Assembly: GCA_051294375.1 (NCBI GenBank)
Contig: CM119269.1
Span: 22,032,815-22,096,814 of the forward strand
Direction: 5' to 3'
Origin: Paraspadella gotoi
Taxonomy: Eukaryota > Animalia > Chaetognatha
Length of the DNA stretch: 64,000 bases
Part shown: piece by piece, positions 18,090 through 49,900 of the stretch
How the letters are laid out: every line of letters starts with the position of its first letter
Numbering within the stretch: the first letter of the stretch is position 1
The notes under the pieces: generated by a model
The model's input: only the letters and a program-made list of their open reading frames with translations
Database searches by the model: none
What the model was told of the DNA's origin: nothing
Translations under genes and position numbers: made by a program

Positions 18090-18535
18090 CTCTCTCTCTC
18101 TCTCACACACACACTCCCAAATCTTTAAATTTAAAAGCGCACGACAAACGTTCAAAAACAAATTTCGTGCCAAAAAAAAACAACTAAATCTATTGTTTTG
18201 TTTTGATCATTTGGCTTAGAATTTTAATGACTGAATTCCGATCATATTCCTATTTCAACTTTCTTTTAATTTTCATTCATTTATTGTATTCTTTCTTTCT
18301 TTATTTATTTACGTTATTTATTTTTTAAATTTTTACCCTTTTTCTCTGGTCCAGGGGCTGCGATCGACCGCGAGAACTTTTTCCTTCGACAAACATTTTT
18401 CCCCTAAAAACGAAAAGAAGTAAAAAGATCGTAAATTAAATTGAATCAATCGAGTTGAATCACGAATCACGAATCGTTGCAACCACCGGCTCGATTTGGA
18501 CTCAGCTGCGGCCAGTGAAACCCGATGCTCAATTT

Positions 18536-19026
18536 TGCCTTTTTTTCTCAAAGCGCCCCATTTCATCGATAATTTAAAATTAAATTAGTTTTTAAATTTA
18601 AAAATTAATAAGCATTAGGTTATAGATTATGTCAAAAATTATGGTTAAGGATTAGTTTAGTGGTTTATGGTTATTCATTAGGGTTATGGATTATGATTTA
18701 GGATAAAGAGTTAGGGTTAGATTAGGTTAAGGATAAGGATTGGGTTTAAATTAAATAATAAATTAGAATTAAAATTAAATTTAAGGATTAAGGCGTTAAT
18801 TTTACTTTTGCCAACCGGGGTGAGGGAAGGGTTAGGATTAAGGGTAATTAGGGTTAAGGGTGGTTAGGGTTAAGAGGGTTTAGGGTTAAGGTAATTTTTT
18901 ATTTTTTTATTAAAAAATAAATATTTTTTGATGGTTTTTTTAAAAAACGTTAAAACCGTAGTCAGCAAAAGTAAAATTTAGCCAAATTAAGTAACAGAAA
19001 TGGGGTGCGTTTGGAAAAGAGAGCCC
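18536..19026. mobile_element. Same TAACCC/GGGTTA MITE-like family
   Basis: Left TTTTCTCAAAGCGCCCCATTTC and right GAAATGGGGTGCGTTTGGAAAAG are imperfect inverted repeats around degenerate TTAGGG arrays. Confidence 0.55.
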
Positions 19027-19857
19027 CGAAGTGTCCAAAATTCTTTTTTTCCCCAGAGCATCGATGACGGGAGGAGAGGGGGGTGCACTGGTTTCTTCAC
19101 TCCCCCCCTCGTATACTCACCAAGGCGCTGATTGAAACCGATGGAGAGTCGCTTTTAGCGATTTACTACATTAATAATTAAAATCCGCCCACGTCTTCCT
19201 TTTAAAACTCTCTCTCTCTCTCTCACCTAGGGAAGAGAAAATAAAGAGAGAGACGAAAATCCAATCCGTGATTCTTCTTTGCATCTTTCAAGCTTCTTAT
19301 TCCCGGTTTCTCCGCGAAATGGCGCCACCAGTACGAGCGAGGATCTCGGCTTCGACACTTTTTTTCGCTGGTGAGAGATGCGAAGGCGTGAAAAGTGAGG
19401 AGATGAAAAAGGAGACGTGATTAATTGATTCAATATAAAGATTTAAGAGTTAGGATTAAAATTAAGTTGACATGGAATTTAGTTAGTTAAAAATTGATGA
19501 AAATTAACTCACGTGAAATACGAACGTTGATTGGAAATTATTTTTGTAATAAAGGGAGACGAAAAAAAATAAACTTCAATTTCCAACGGAAATAAAATTT
19601 CCACATTCACTGAATTTGCTAAGATTCTCACGCGTGACTCTTCATTTAAAAGTTAATTTTTCTTAACGCTTCGTTTATTAAATGACGACGCGAAAGAGAT
19701 AGAGACAGAGCGATTCAGGAAACAACGAGCACGGTAGAAATGCGCCGGAGCGGAGCTAAACAAGCAGAACCAAGCAGAACAAGTGCTTGGCCCGTGAATC
19801 CGTGAATATGGCGCCAGTAGATGCCTCGCGTCGAACGCGCCTCACGACTTCGCGTGA

Positions 19858-19909
<52 letters not shown>

Positions 19910-20601
19910 GTTGTGGGCGTTGCCCTCGCTTCCTTCTTCTCCTCTTCCTTTTCTACTACGTTATTCACCAGTGAAATGCACCGAACGGATTCCAAGGGAG
20001 AAAAGTGACACCGGGAATTCGGACTGTGACATCGGACTGTGATATCGGTGTTATCGGTGATGCCCAGAACGTGAAACGATGATGTTTTTCATTCTATATA
20101 AACCCATGAACTTAATTAAATTCCTCAATTAAATTCCTCTGATCAGAAGGCAGACATTAAATAATTACAATCTTGTCGAATGACTTTTATCCAAGGTTTT
20201 TCTTTGTAAGCACTGAGCTAACATTTTTTAATTAACTAAAATACTAAAATTAAATAAAACTCTTTAAATATCAAAAAATACATTTATTTTCGTCGGCACT
20301 TAAGAAATAAATAACAAGAGTTACACAAGGAACATGATTGGGTCTCCTTCGAGCAATGAGAAGATAACTGACGCTACTGATGAAAACGAATAGATAAAGA
20401 AAATGAAATAAAATTCATAATAAAAAAATAAAGAATAAAGAGAAGAAAAAAGAAAAAAAAAGGAAAAAAGAAAAGATATATAATATTATATATGAATGAC
20501 TTAGAACTGCGTTGCGTTAAATAAAAACAAATTGACTATGAAAAAGGTTTCTTTATTCTTCGTCACGTGACTCAAAGGTCACGCGATCTGATTTCGTCTT
20601 T

Positions 20602-36635
<16,034 letters not shown>

Positions 36636-37197
36636 GGTTCTTTATGAATTAGTCCAACGGATTGTCAACATGCCCGTTTAGATTATGATACAAAAAAATT
36701 TGTTTTGTGATGGTTAACGTAAGAAACTTCTTTTCTGAAATAAAAATATCCATTTCAAATTGATTTTTTTTCTCAGAAAAATAGATTCATCAACTATGAT
36801 TTACAAAAAATGTTTTAAAAAACAAGCTTTGGTTTTAAGAAAAGGCACATTAAAAACACCAAAAGATGTGAAAATGAAAAATTTCAAAAATCTTAAGTAT
36901 TTTCGATAATATTTTACCTCAATTTTAACCGAAGTTAATCTTACAGTGACAACATAATGTAAACAAAATGACAAATTGTGCGTTTTTAAATGAGATGAAG
37001 TCTGCCGATTAAACGGTATCGTCAAAAGTGCAAATAGTTTAGTTAGTGCGCGAATATCAAGCCTTAAAATTTCTTCTACTTCAACATTTCTAAAACGACG
37101 AAAAAAAGGGTAAAGACGAAACGATAAAGAAATCCAATACATTCATTCGGTCGGTCAGTCATTTCAGCGAAGGTCTTCTTCTATCATCTTCGGCCTC

Positions 37198-37422
37198 TCA
37201 TTTCTGCGGCTCCTCCATTCCAGCCTGCGTCATCAACTCCCCGATGTTCTTTTCCAGATCATCGATCCGTCCGCCCATGTCGTCGATCCGAGAGATGATC
37301 TGATCCGACATCTGCTGGAACCGTTCCTGCATCTGACCCAGCAAGGTGCCCACGAAGGCCGTCAGATCTTGGATGTTTTTCGGGTCCGCCGAGGCGGGGA
37401 CGTGATGCTCCGTGTCGGACAT
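37198..37422 (-). CDS. HSBP1: Heat shock factor-binding protein 1, intronless CDS, 74 aa
   Basis: [56 protein letters not shown] is the HSBP1 coiled-coil signature. ATG at 37422. Confidence 0.96.
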   Translation of the reverse strand: MSDTEHHVPASADPKNIQDLTAFVGTLLGQMQERFQQMSDQIISRIDDMGGRIDDLEKNIGELMTQAGMEEPQK

Positions 37423-37720
37423 TATTTTTGTATTTAGCGACAAAATATTTAATATTCAACTTCAAGGACGGTTTGTTTGATCGCTTAATTTTTATCTGAA
37501 AATATTAAAGGATGCATAATCCGGAGAACAAACTTACTAGAACAAATATTATTTGATTTTAAATTTTGTTTCTTTTCTTTTTGCTTTGTTTGTTTGTTTT
37601 TTTCTATTTAAAGAGGCTTCAATTAAAAATCCGAATGTTTTTTTTCTTAAATTTAAATGTTTCTTCTCTTGTCCTTTCATCTTCTCACAATAACTTCCCC
37701 CAACACACACACACAAATTA

Positions 37721-40427
<2,707 letters not shown>

Positions 40428-40763
40428 GGTTTCTTTTTTTTTTCCTTATTTTTCTCCTTATTTTTTCTCCTTATTCATCCTTAGTTTTTTTTCCGTTACG
40501 TCGGCGCCGGAATGTCATTGTCGGACCTGCTTCGGTCCGTTTCTCCAACTTGAAGCTAATTAAAGTGAAGAAGGAAATGATAGAAATACATTTTTTTTAA
40601 TATTTAAAATCATTTGCGAGTACAAAGGTTGTGCGAAATCCTTGACGTGTATCGTATAATTAGTTACATTATGTCCTCGGCAAAACCCGAAGAAATAGTT
40701 CAGTTTGTCAATTTTGTGGATTTTCTACTTAATCGTCTTTTATTTTTATTCCGGAATCGTATA

Positions 40764-41164
40764 AGGCCATATTTTCCAAAGGTTTCCCAATTTTAGTTTA
40801 AATTTAGAGTTAAGTAAATTTTTAAGTATAAAAATTATATTAGGGGTAACGGTTAAGGCTTAAGTTAGGGATTAGGGTTAGGGGTTAAGTTAGAGATTTG
40901 TTTACTTAGCGAATTTGAAAACAAAAGTTTTTGTTATTTTTTAGAACGATTTAATAACAGAAAAGAAAAAAAAATTACACAAAGATTGATGAAGGTCAAG
41001 AGGTAAGGTAAGGATAGGGATTAAAATTAAGGATTAAGTTTGGGTTAATTAGTAAAATTATTAAAGTTTAAGCTTAGATCTTATGAATAAAAAAAATTAA
41101 TAATTGAATAAAAATTAAATTCAGATATTAGAAACAGAAATGGGCGATTTCCGAAAATAGTGCC
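40764..41164. mobile_element. Same TAACCC/GGGTTA MITE-like family, between CLUAP1 and LRRC71
   Basis: GGCCATATTTTCCAAAGGTTTCCCAATTT..GAAATGGGCGATTTCCGAAAATAGTGCC inverted ends with TTAGGG-like interior. Related pieces occur at ~8002-8322 and ~31918-32270. Confidence 0.55.
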
Positions 41165-41167
41165 GAT

Positions 41168-43065
41168 TCAAAAGTCGTCGTCGGTATCGTCATCGACTTC
41201 GTTCTTCTTCTTCTTTCCTCTCATCCCTTTTCCTCCGCTTCCTCCTTCGATCTCGATGTACGATTCTTCGTCATCGTCGTCGTCGTCGTCGTCTTCATCG
41301 TCGTCGTCGCTGTCGCCGAGTTCGTCTCCGTCGTTGGAGACGAGATCCGTATCCTCGATCTCCGAATCTCCGTCGTCGGAATCCTCGTCGTCCGATTCCG
41401 CAGTCATTGAGCCGTACATCTTCTTGACGTTGGCGGGTTTGCGGACGTCGTCCTTCGCGCGACCGGGACGCTCGGGGGCGCCGGACTTCTTCTTTCCGGG
41501 ACGGCCGCGAGTTCGAATGTCGCCCGAGGCGCCGACGTCGTCGTTGTCGTCCTCGTCGTCGTCGTCGTCGCCTCCGTCGTCCATCGGAGAGAGGCCGCCA
41601 TCGTCGCCGCGTCCGTGACTTCCGTCGTCGGACGCGGACCGGCGACGCTTTTCCGCCAGACGTCGCAAATTATCTTCCGTCTCTTGAAACTTTTCCATCT
41701 CCTCTCGATTCATCGTCTCGAGCTGATCTTCGAGGTAAGTCACGTTGCGTATCTTGACCAGATAGTCTTGATAGAGAGTCGCCACTTCCACCTCCAGTTT
41801 TTCGTAGTCGTCCATCCACGGAGGTCGAACAGACTTGAGGGTGTTGAGCCGCTTGGAGTTTCTCTCCAACTCTCCATCCTGGGATGAAGACAAACCTTTC
41901 GAGGATCATTAGGGATGTTCACTTTTTTTAATTTTTAAATTATAATAAAACATTGGGTCTTTTCTTTATTGATTATCGTTCATAAAAGTTAAAGACGACT
42001 AATTTTGTCAATTTATATTCATTATTCAATTTATTATTCACCCCTTTCCCTTGGCATAGTCATAGAGATCATATTGATATTGCCACGGAATGTCGAATGT
42101 AAATGTAAATGTAAATGCTTATACATATTACTTTTACGTTTGCCCTATAACATTACGAGATTTTAAACTTTTATTCATTCAATAATTTTTTTATTTATTT
42201 GTTTAGTAGATTAGTCAGTTGGTTAACTAATTAGTATTTGTTTATAATTTTATATTTGTTACGTTCGTTGGTTAATGAGTTATTTAATTAGCTCGTCAGT
42301 AAGTTGGTTAATTACTTATTTTTTAAATTAGTTATCCATTTATTAATTTATCACCTTCTTCTTAATCTTCGCCTCCAAAGACGATTCGTCCTTCTTCATG
42401 CTGGCGATTCTTTCCGTCGCTGTCTCTATCTCCCGCTCGACGGCCTCTTTGCTGGAGACGACGCCGGACTCGACCTCAGTGATCTCTAGCGGACGAGACA
42501 GCGCCATCGAGCGGAGTTCTCGCAGTTCTGACTCTCGGGAGAGACGGTCGTAGAGGCTCGCCCCTTGCGTCGTGATGTCCGACGCCAGAGTCCGCGCGAT
42601 CTTGAGTTCGCCCAGCTTCGTCTGAATCTCTTGAATGGCGGTCATCGTCGCCGATTCGTCGTCCTCGTCGCCGGCGGCCTGGACTGCCGACGCCGCCGTC
42701 AGGGTTTGACCGTCGGGAGCGAGGTGAGACTCCGCCGATCTAATGGCGCTGTACAGGATGGAGGTGATCTTGAGAAGTTCTCTCACGGCGTGACCGTCGG
42801 CTTGATAGAGTTTTTTCGTGTTGAGCCGGATGTGGGCTTTGGTCGCCATGTACTGGGCCACGCTTTTAATAAATATCACTCTATCTTGCTCCGTGTCAGT
42901 GTCGGTCGAGATGTCGGCTTGAGGGTCGTATTGCTTGACGAGCCAGGCGAGGATTTCCGCGACGAGTCCGAAATTCGGTTGGCGAAAATTTTCTAAGGAT
43001 ATTAGTCTGGGATAACCAAGAGCACGCATCATCTCGGTGAAGTTTCGCATGTCTCGGAACGACAT
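41168..43065 (-). CDS. CLUAP1: Clusterin-associated protein 1 / IFT38, 2 coding exons (43065-42355, 41878-41168)
   Basis: MSFRDMRNFTEMMRALGYPRLISLENFRQPNFGLVAEIL..TKAHIRLNTKKLYQADGHAVRELLKI. Exon 2 ELERNSKRLNTLKSVRPPWMDDYEKLE. Acidic tail ending DDDF. Phase-0 GT-AG intron. Confidence 0.96.
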
Positions 43066-43958
43066 CTTCTTTTTTAGTTGGATCAAATAATCTGATTTGA
43101 GGTCTGTTGAGTGAATTGTTTAATTCGAATATATATTTAAAAACCACGTCAATTTCGTAAACCGACGAAAAACGACACAAGAAATGAAACAATGAAAAGA
43201 AAATAAAGAACTCTGGCGACTCAAACTGACCTCTGTCATCAAAATGACCTTTGTCAAAAAGATACCGTTCACCAAACTACTGTGAACCCTTAATTGAAGA
43301 CTTAATTCTTTGTGACGAGGGTTTCTTCTTTTTTGTTCTGAAAGGAAAAAGACAGACAACAATTTTACATATTCTGATGAATTTGAATTTGATATTGTTA
43401 TAGGTGAGCATTGAAAATTAAGTTAAAAGACAGGCAAATAAGAAACAAACGGATCGAAGGATTTGAAAAAAAAGGAAATATTTTAATAGGTTTACCAAAG
43501 AATTATTTATAAAACCATCTTTCTTTCATTTCCATTTTTTTCTCTAAATTCGTAATATCTTTCTTTGTTAAAATTTTTTCGGCTCCCGAATCCTTATTAT
43601 GATACTATTATTGGTATTATTATCCTGGCAAGCGTGTGATTTATACGTTGCTAGGAAGCGGTTTCTAGGGTAAGAACTCTTTTCCTATTGGTGGAATTTA
43701 AACTCTCACTCTTCACGTCATTAAAAAATATAATCCGCTCCTATTGGCCGAGAGCAAAGTCGGCTTAGAGGTTACCTTATCTCTGATTCGTCGTTTCGAA
43801 GATTCTCGGCCAATCAGGTTTTTCGTACAGTGGACTTCACGTGGGCGTCGCCATTTTGTGTGTTTTAAAAAAATTCAATCGGCACAGCTCTCCTCTCCAG
43901 GGTGAAAATGAAATATTTATCGTTATTGCTTTGAGGGAGCACGTTTCGACCGGATACG
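43066..43958. promoter_or_regulatory. Bidirectional promoter region between CLUAP1 and SCAF4/8
   Basis: Head-to-head ATGs ~0.9 kb apart. CCAAT/ATTGG at ~43687, ~43743 and ~43810; CACGTG at 43838; YY1-type CGCCATTTT at 43849; RFX X-box-like GTTGCTAGGAAGC (43647) and GTTTCTAGGGTAAG (43661). Confidence 0.6.
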
Positions 43959-46900
43959 ATGGACGCCGTCAAAAATTTCAATCATGAGGTTCGTTTATTT
44001 TTTACGTTTGTCAACGCTTACTAAAATGCAAGTTAAAATTTAATTTTTGTCATGCTTTGTTATTAATTTACAGCTTTCGAGCATATACGATGGGAAACCT
44101 CCGGTTTCTAAGGCTAAAATGACATCAGTAACGAAAGCAGCTTTGAAAGCCATCAAGTTCTACAAGCATGTCGTCCAAAGCGTCGAAAAATTCATTCAAA
44201 AATGTCGGCCAGGTCGGTATATATAACAAGCTAAACATTGACGGAAACGCCTGATTTCTCAGTATTTTGAAAATCGTCCTCTAATTAATTCTATTCTTCT
44301 GTAATTAGAATACAAAGTTCCCGGATTATACGTGGTTGATTCTATCGTGCGGCAGTCGCGTCATCAGTTCGGGCAGGAGAAAGACGTTTTTGGTCCGCGC
44401 TTTATCAAAAATATCGGGATCACGTTCACTCACATATTCAAGTGCATCGAAGCTGACAGGGTTAGTAATCAATATATCAATACTTAATTTGCATTGTTTG
44501 ATTCAAGATTTTTAATTAAAGATTAGTAGTATTATTGTATCTTTAAAAATGGTCCTTATTGCTTGTAAAAGGATTTATGTTATTATTATAATTATTTTTA
44601 TTATTTTTATTATTATTATTACTTTTAAAAATCTTTGTTTCCACTTCCTCCAGGCGCGCGTGATTAAAGTCTTAAACTTGTGGCAGAAAAATGCTGTTTT
44701 CCCTTCAAACATCATTGGAAGTTTGGTGGATATGGCTAATCCTGATAGCGTCGCCAAGAAGAAAGCCCTGGCGGCTTGCCAGGTAATTTTGAAAGAAACC
44801 CCCTCCTCGACCTAAATATTTCTTATCCACTTGGAGTCTTGATATTTAATGGGTACCTTAATAAAATAATCAAATCATATAGATATTCATACAGACAATA
44901 ATAATAATGACCGCGAAAGAGAGAAAGAGACGAAGGTCGATATCTCCGATATAAAAGAGCATCTGAGTTGTAGATGGTAGTCCGGACTTTACAATTTGAT
45001 TGTACAAATGGAATTGTCAAGTAGTCTTTATCTTTATTCTGCATGCCATAAATAAATTTAGGCTGCCTGCGCCTCTTTCTTGGAATCCCGTTCGGCCACC
45101 TCTTCCTCCAAAAACGAGAACAAGAAGCCGGGGAGTTCGAAACGCGAAAAGGAAGAAAAGACGAAGCAGGTTTTATTCCTTTCTTAGCTCAACTTTTGAA
45201 ATCCTGAGATTCACTAACGATTCCGTTTTGGTTCCGTGAAAAGGGAAAAGTGTTAATACCAGTCACAGCCGGTTGTTTATCAAAGGTAGTGAGGCAGATA
45301 CTGGAAGATACGGCATTTTCCGAGGAGACACGAGTATTAGATACAGCTGCGGACATTGAGGTTTTAGATTAACTTAAAAAAACCAAAAAAACTACTTGAT
45401 CCTTTGATTTTACAATTTATTTTTTTCCTCGGCAGAAAAAAGACAAGGCCGCCAAGGAAAACCTATCGGCGGACGCTTCTGTCCTTTCCGGCATCGACCC
45501 GGCCTTATTAAATCAAGTTCAAGCGCTGACCTCTCAACTTCTCGGCAGCAAGTCCGGAGACCGACCACCGAAAATCGCGGGTCAGCCACCGGCCGGAGCT
45601 AGTCCTGCCGTCGGGCCCGCCCTCGCCAGCGTTCACGTTCCCCCGCCACCCGGCGCCGCTTCCAAAATATCGGTCATGGCAGCGGCAGCAACGACCGCCC
45701 CCACCGCCCCTGAGCAGCAGCCGGTGCAGCCCTCTCGATCCTCTCCGCAGAAAAAGGCGACGCCTGTCAAAGCGGATAAACCTTTGTTCAATAAGGTAAT
45801 ACTTACAATTTAGTTGAATATTTACCCGCAGAACGATTAGTTATTTTTATCTTATTTTTCTTACCTTGTGTCTTAAAAAGAAACTTAATGAGCCATCGGC
45901 CGATGAAATATTGGAATCGGGAGTAAGGACAGTAAGTCTTTACTATTGTCTATTGGCTTTCTTTTTTTTTCGTTCCCTTTTTACGGTTTTTATATTGTTT
46001 ATTATTGTCATTTGTGTAATATATTTCTGAACTGCTTTTGTTTTTAACTTTAGAAACTCCTCGATTTCGATTACGGAGACGAGGAGGAGGACGAGCCGAG
46101 TATGGAGATGGGGGAAGTCTCGGGCGACGACGATCCCAGCGGCAGCACGCCGCTTCAGTCTGAGGCGCCCGAGGGAGGACCGCCGCATTCGCAGCAGCCG
46201 ACTGAAGGTGGGGGGGGCGTTCGACGGACGGATGGATTTGGTCCCTTAGACTCCCTTGAAGTTCTTTACTAATCCCAGATTCTTTCTTTGATCCCCTCCT
46301 TCCCCCGCGGACAGTCGCGTTGGCCGGTGACAACCTCGCGGGTCAAATCGCCGGAATTCTCAACGACCCGACGATTCTGCAAAAACTGCAACAGATGCAC
46401 GACACGATCGCCAAGACGGAGCTCAAGGAAGAGCTCAATCACGTTAGTGTCGCTTTTGGCCTTTAATTTCTTAATTAAATTTACTCTAATTTATATGAAA
46501 AATTATAACGACGTTCAGATTCAAGGCGACGCCGCCCTCGTTCCCCCTCCGACGTCTTTCTCGCCGCCGCCGCTGACCAAAGACTACGGATTCCCCTCGG
46601 CCGCCGCCGCTCCGCCGCCACCGTCTCGTCACTACGAGTCCAACGAAGCCCACGAGATGGTTAGTACAAGCGAACTCGTCTTTATTTTTTTAGATCCTTA
46701 CCTTTTTCGTATCCTTAACTAACTTTTAAAGAGCTATCGCCACGAGCCGGCGCCGCCCGCCGCCAAGACGCAGCAATCGCATCACCGACGCGGCGTCAAC
46801 GAAGACGACGACGACGACGACGACATCATGGTGCTGGAGGAACGAAAAGGGCGCGGAGGATTCGGGGCGAGGATGGATGAGGATGATGATGATTACGTTA

Positions 46901-49900
46901 GAGACGGAAGCAGAAGGAGGAAGAAAGAGAAGAAGCATAAGAGGGAAAGATCCAGATCCAGATCCAGGTCAGTCCATCCAATCTTGGACGGAAGAAATAA
47001 GGGGAACATTTATAGTTTGGGGGAGATTTAACACGGGTCCTTATTTCGGCATTATTATATTTACAAAATGTTTGCTTGTAGAATCTAAAAACGACGAATC
47101 TATGCCGTTTTCCTATAGAAACAATGTTTAAAAAGTCTTGTCGACGTATTGTTAATATTTTTATTTTCGTTTTATTAATTTCATATTTGTTTGTTAAATT
47201 GAAGATCTGTACAAGTTTTGTATATGTGCTGTAGACGAATAAAACGCATTAATTTATTATTGCCACACCCTTTTATATAGGACGCCGAAGCGAAGCAAAC
47301 GCGATCGTCGGTCGCGGTCCACTTCGCGATCCCACGATCGCAAAGAGAAACGCGTCCGCTCTCGGTCCCCGCGGGACAGGCGACGCCGGTGAGTCGTTGA
47401 CTTTAGATGGTTAACGTCTGAAGAGACAGTAATTTTTGTTATGTATTAGTGACAGAACCGTTCCTTATAAGTCCCTGAGCTTCGGATCAGGCTGTAACAC
47501 CGTGTTACTGGCGGGTTAAGCGCCCCGTCCCTCTTAACTGCTAGGCGACCACCGGGCTAGAACCCCGGACCTTTGGCTTGGGAGGCGAATGACTTGCCTC
47601 CGGCACCAATGGCCGCTGATGAACGGTTGGTGGATTTTAGTCCACCATACGTCGCGCGTTAATTTCTGACTCGGTGCTTTTTATTTTTCAAGGTCGGATT
47701 CGCTGGAGCGAAACGGATTCTCGATCATCGCCGACCCGGAGGACGAACTGACGGCGGCGCTGCAGCGCGCCGAACAGAACGCCGGTGCCGAAGAGCGGCG
47801 CCGCGAAAAGGAGGAAGAAAGGAAGAGGGAGAAGGAGAGGAAGGAGAGGGACAGAAAGAGGAGGAAGGAGGGTCTCCCCACGCTCAAGGAGAAACATATA
47901 TTGTGTGAGTTGACTTGTATGACTTTTCTTGTTCATTTTTACTCTTTTTTTACTTAAATAAGTTTAATATATCTCGTATTTTTGTCTTCAGTTTGCACTC
48001 TGACGATATGGATCGGAAAAGTGTCGGCCAAAGCGACTAAGGGTGACCTCGACACTCTCTTCCAAGACTTGGGGATCGAAACCGTCGACATCAACATGAT
48101 TCCTCCACGAGGCTGCGCTTATATTCTACTCGGCACTCGGAAGGAGGCCGCTCGCGCCGTCGAAGACCTTCGAGATTTACAAGTGAGTTATTGATATTGG
48201 AAACGGTATGATACAAACTGTTTACTCGGTCGCTTATCAAGTGCAAGCTAAAAAAAATATAAAAAATAACTAACTCTATTCAAAATAAAAATAAATAACT
48301 AAATACCAAAACTAGTTGAATATAAAATATTATTTTTTTTTAAATTTTTTTAATTTGAAGTAACAATATTTTTTTGCCTCTAACTTCTAAACGATTTGAC
48401 CTATAAAAAATGGAAGGAAGCTACTGAAAAAAAAAAAACGACCGTCCCTAGATATTAGCACGGTTGCAATCCCTAAGTATTGTTATTATTTTTTCCTATT
48501 TCTTTCGATTCTTTTCCAGTTGCTCGGTAAAACCATCTCGGTGGCCTGGGCTCCCGGCAAGGGAGTCGCCGGTAAGGAGTTTCGCCAATACTGGGACGTG
48601 GATCGAGGCTGCACTTACCTTCCTTGGAGCAAGATCCCCACGGACGCGGAGAAGTTGGAGTTGATGGCGGAAGGGTCTTACATCGACCCCGAGTCCTTAC
48701 CCGAATACATGAGGGACGAATCGGGTAAGTTTTGATTGGAAAAAAAGTGACGAACACCTGTCAAGTCAAGTCAAGAAAAAAAGTGAAACCTTCCCTTCCT
48801 CAAACTTTTTCCAGGCGAGTTAAAAACGGACGCCATCGGACCCAACGCTCCCTCCACCGATACGGCCATGTACGTCATGATGCCTACCATGCCCACCATG
48901 CCGACCATGCCGTCGCTGCCAGTGCCGATCCCTTCTTTGGGTTCCTTGGTCGGAGTTCCGCCTCCCGCCCTTCCGCTCGGAATCCCTCCTACGTCGCTGG
49001 CGGGCGACGTCAACGCCTTTTCGATTCCCACGCTGGGCGTCGACATTGGGTTGAAGACGGCGACGGAGGAGAAAGAGAAGGAGGTTGGTGGGGATGTGGC
49101 TGGGTACAGCGGGGGGGGGCATTTTGTTGAATTAAAATGGAGGAAGAGATAAAAAATTCAAGTGAGAAAAGTTTGATTAGAAGTTTGCCAGGTCCTCCTA
49201 TGTTATTATTTGTAAGAGGGATGGAAACTTTAAAAGACCATAGCCTGTCCAAATTCAGTAGGCAAGTTAGCTTATTTATTAAATGAATGGATAAATCTTG
49301 TATTGTTTGTGTATATCTGATAAAAGGATTAAAGGAGAATAACTTTTTAATTCATCCTTTGGAACAGACATCGTCGGCTCCCCCTTTGCCCATGCCGGGC
49401 TTCAAGCCAATGAGCAGTTCGTTCACGCCGCTCAGCGAATCCGCTTCCTCCGTCTCCTCGGTTTTCTCGCGTAATTCCACCACCGCCGAACCGGTAACGT
49501 CCTGAGTTATTAGAGTTTGCTGGTTAATTAGTTAAACATTGACCCAATTTACATCCCCGCTTGTCTCCCCGGATGTCAGATTGTGACGACGACATCCGGG
49601 GCCAACCTCTTGGGTTCCGCTCTGGTCTCCCAATCGGAAATGAACTCGGCGCAGTTGGGCGCGTTGAGCATCCCGCGAATTCCCCTTCCTTCGGCTCCTT
49701 TGTCTTCCCTCGCCAACGCCCACAATTCAGTCTTGGGTCAGGCCCTTTTAAATCCTTTGGGAATTCCGCTTCCGAGCGCTGCGTCGCAATCCACCGTCAT
49801 GGGTCAGTTCGAAATTTCTCTGTTTAATTATCATGAATTTGTTAGTAGGTTATCATAAAATTAAGTACCACAGCATAAAGATTTAGTCGTTGCTAAACAA

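Noticed and set aside
47616-47660. Hammerhead ribozyme (CTGATGA followed by a hairpin)
   Set aside because: No GAAA core after the stem and no closing stems found. I also found no hammerhead core in the LTRs at 22.9-23.6 kb.
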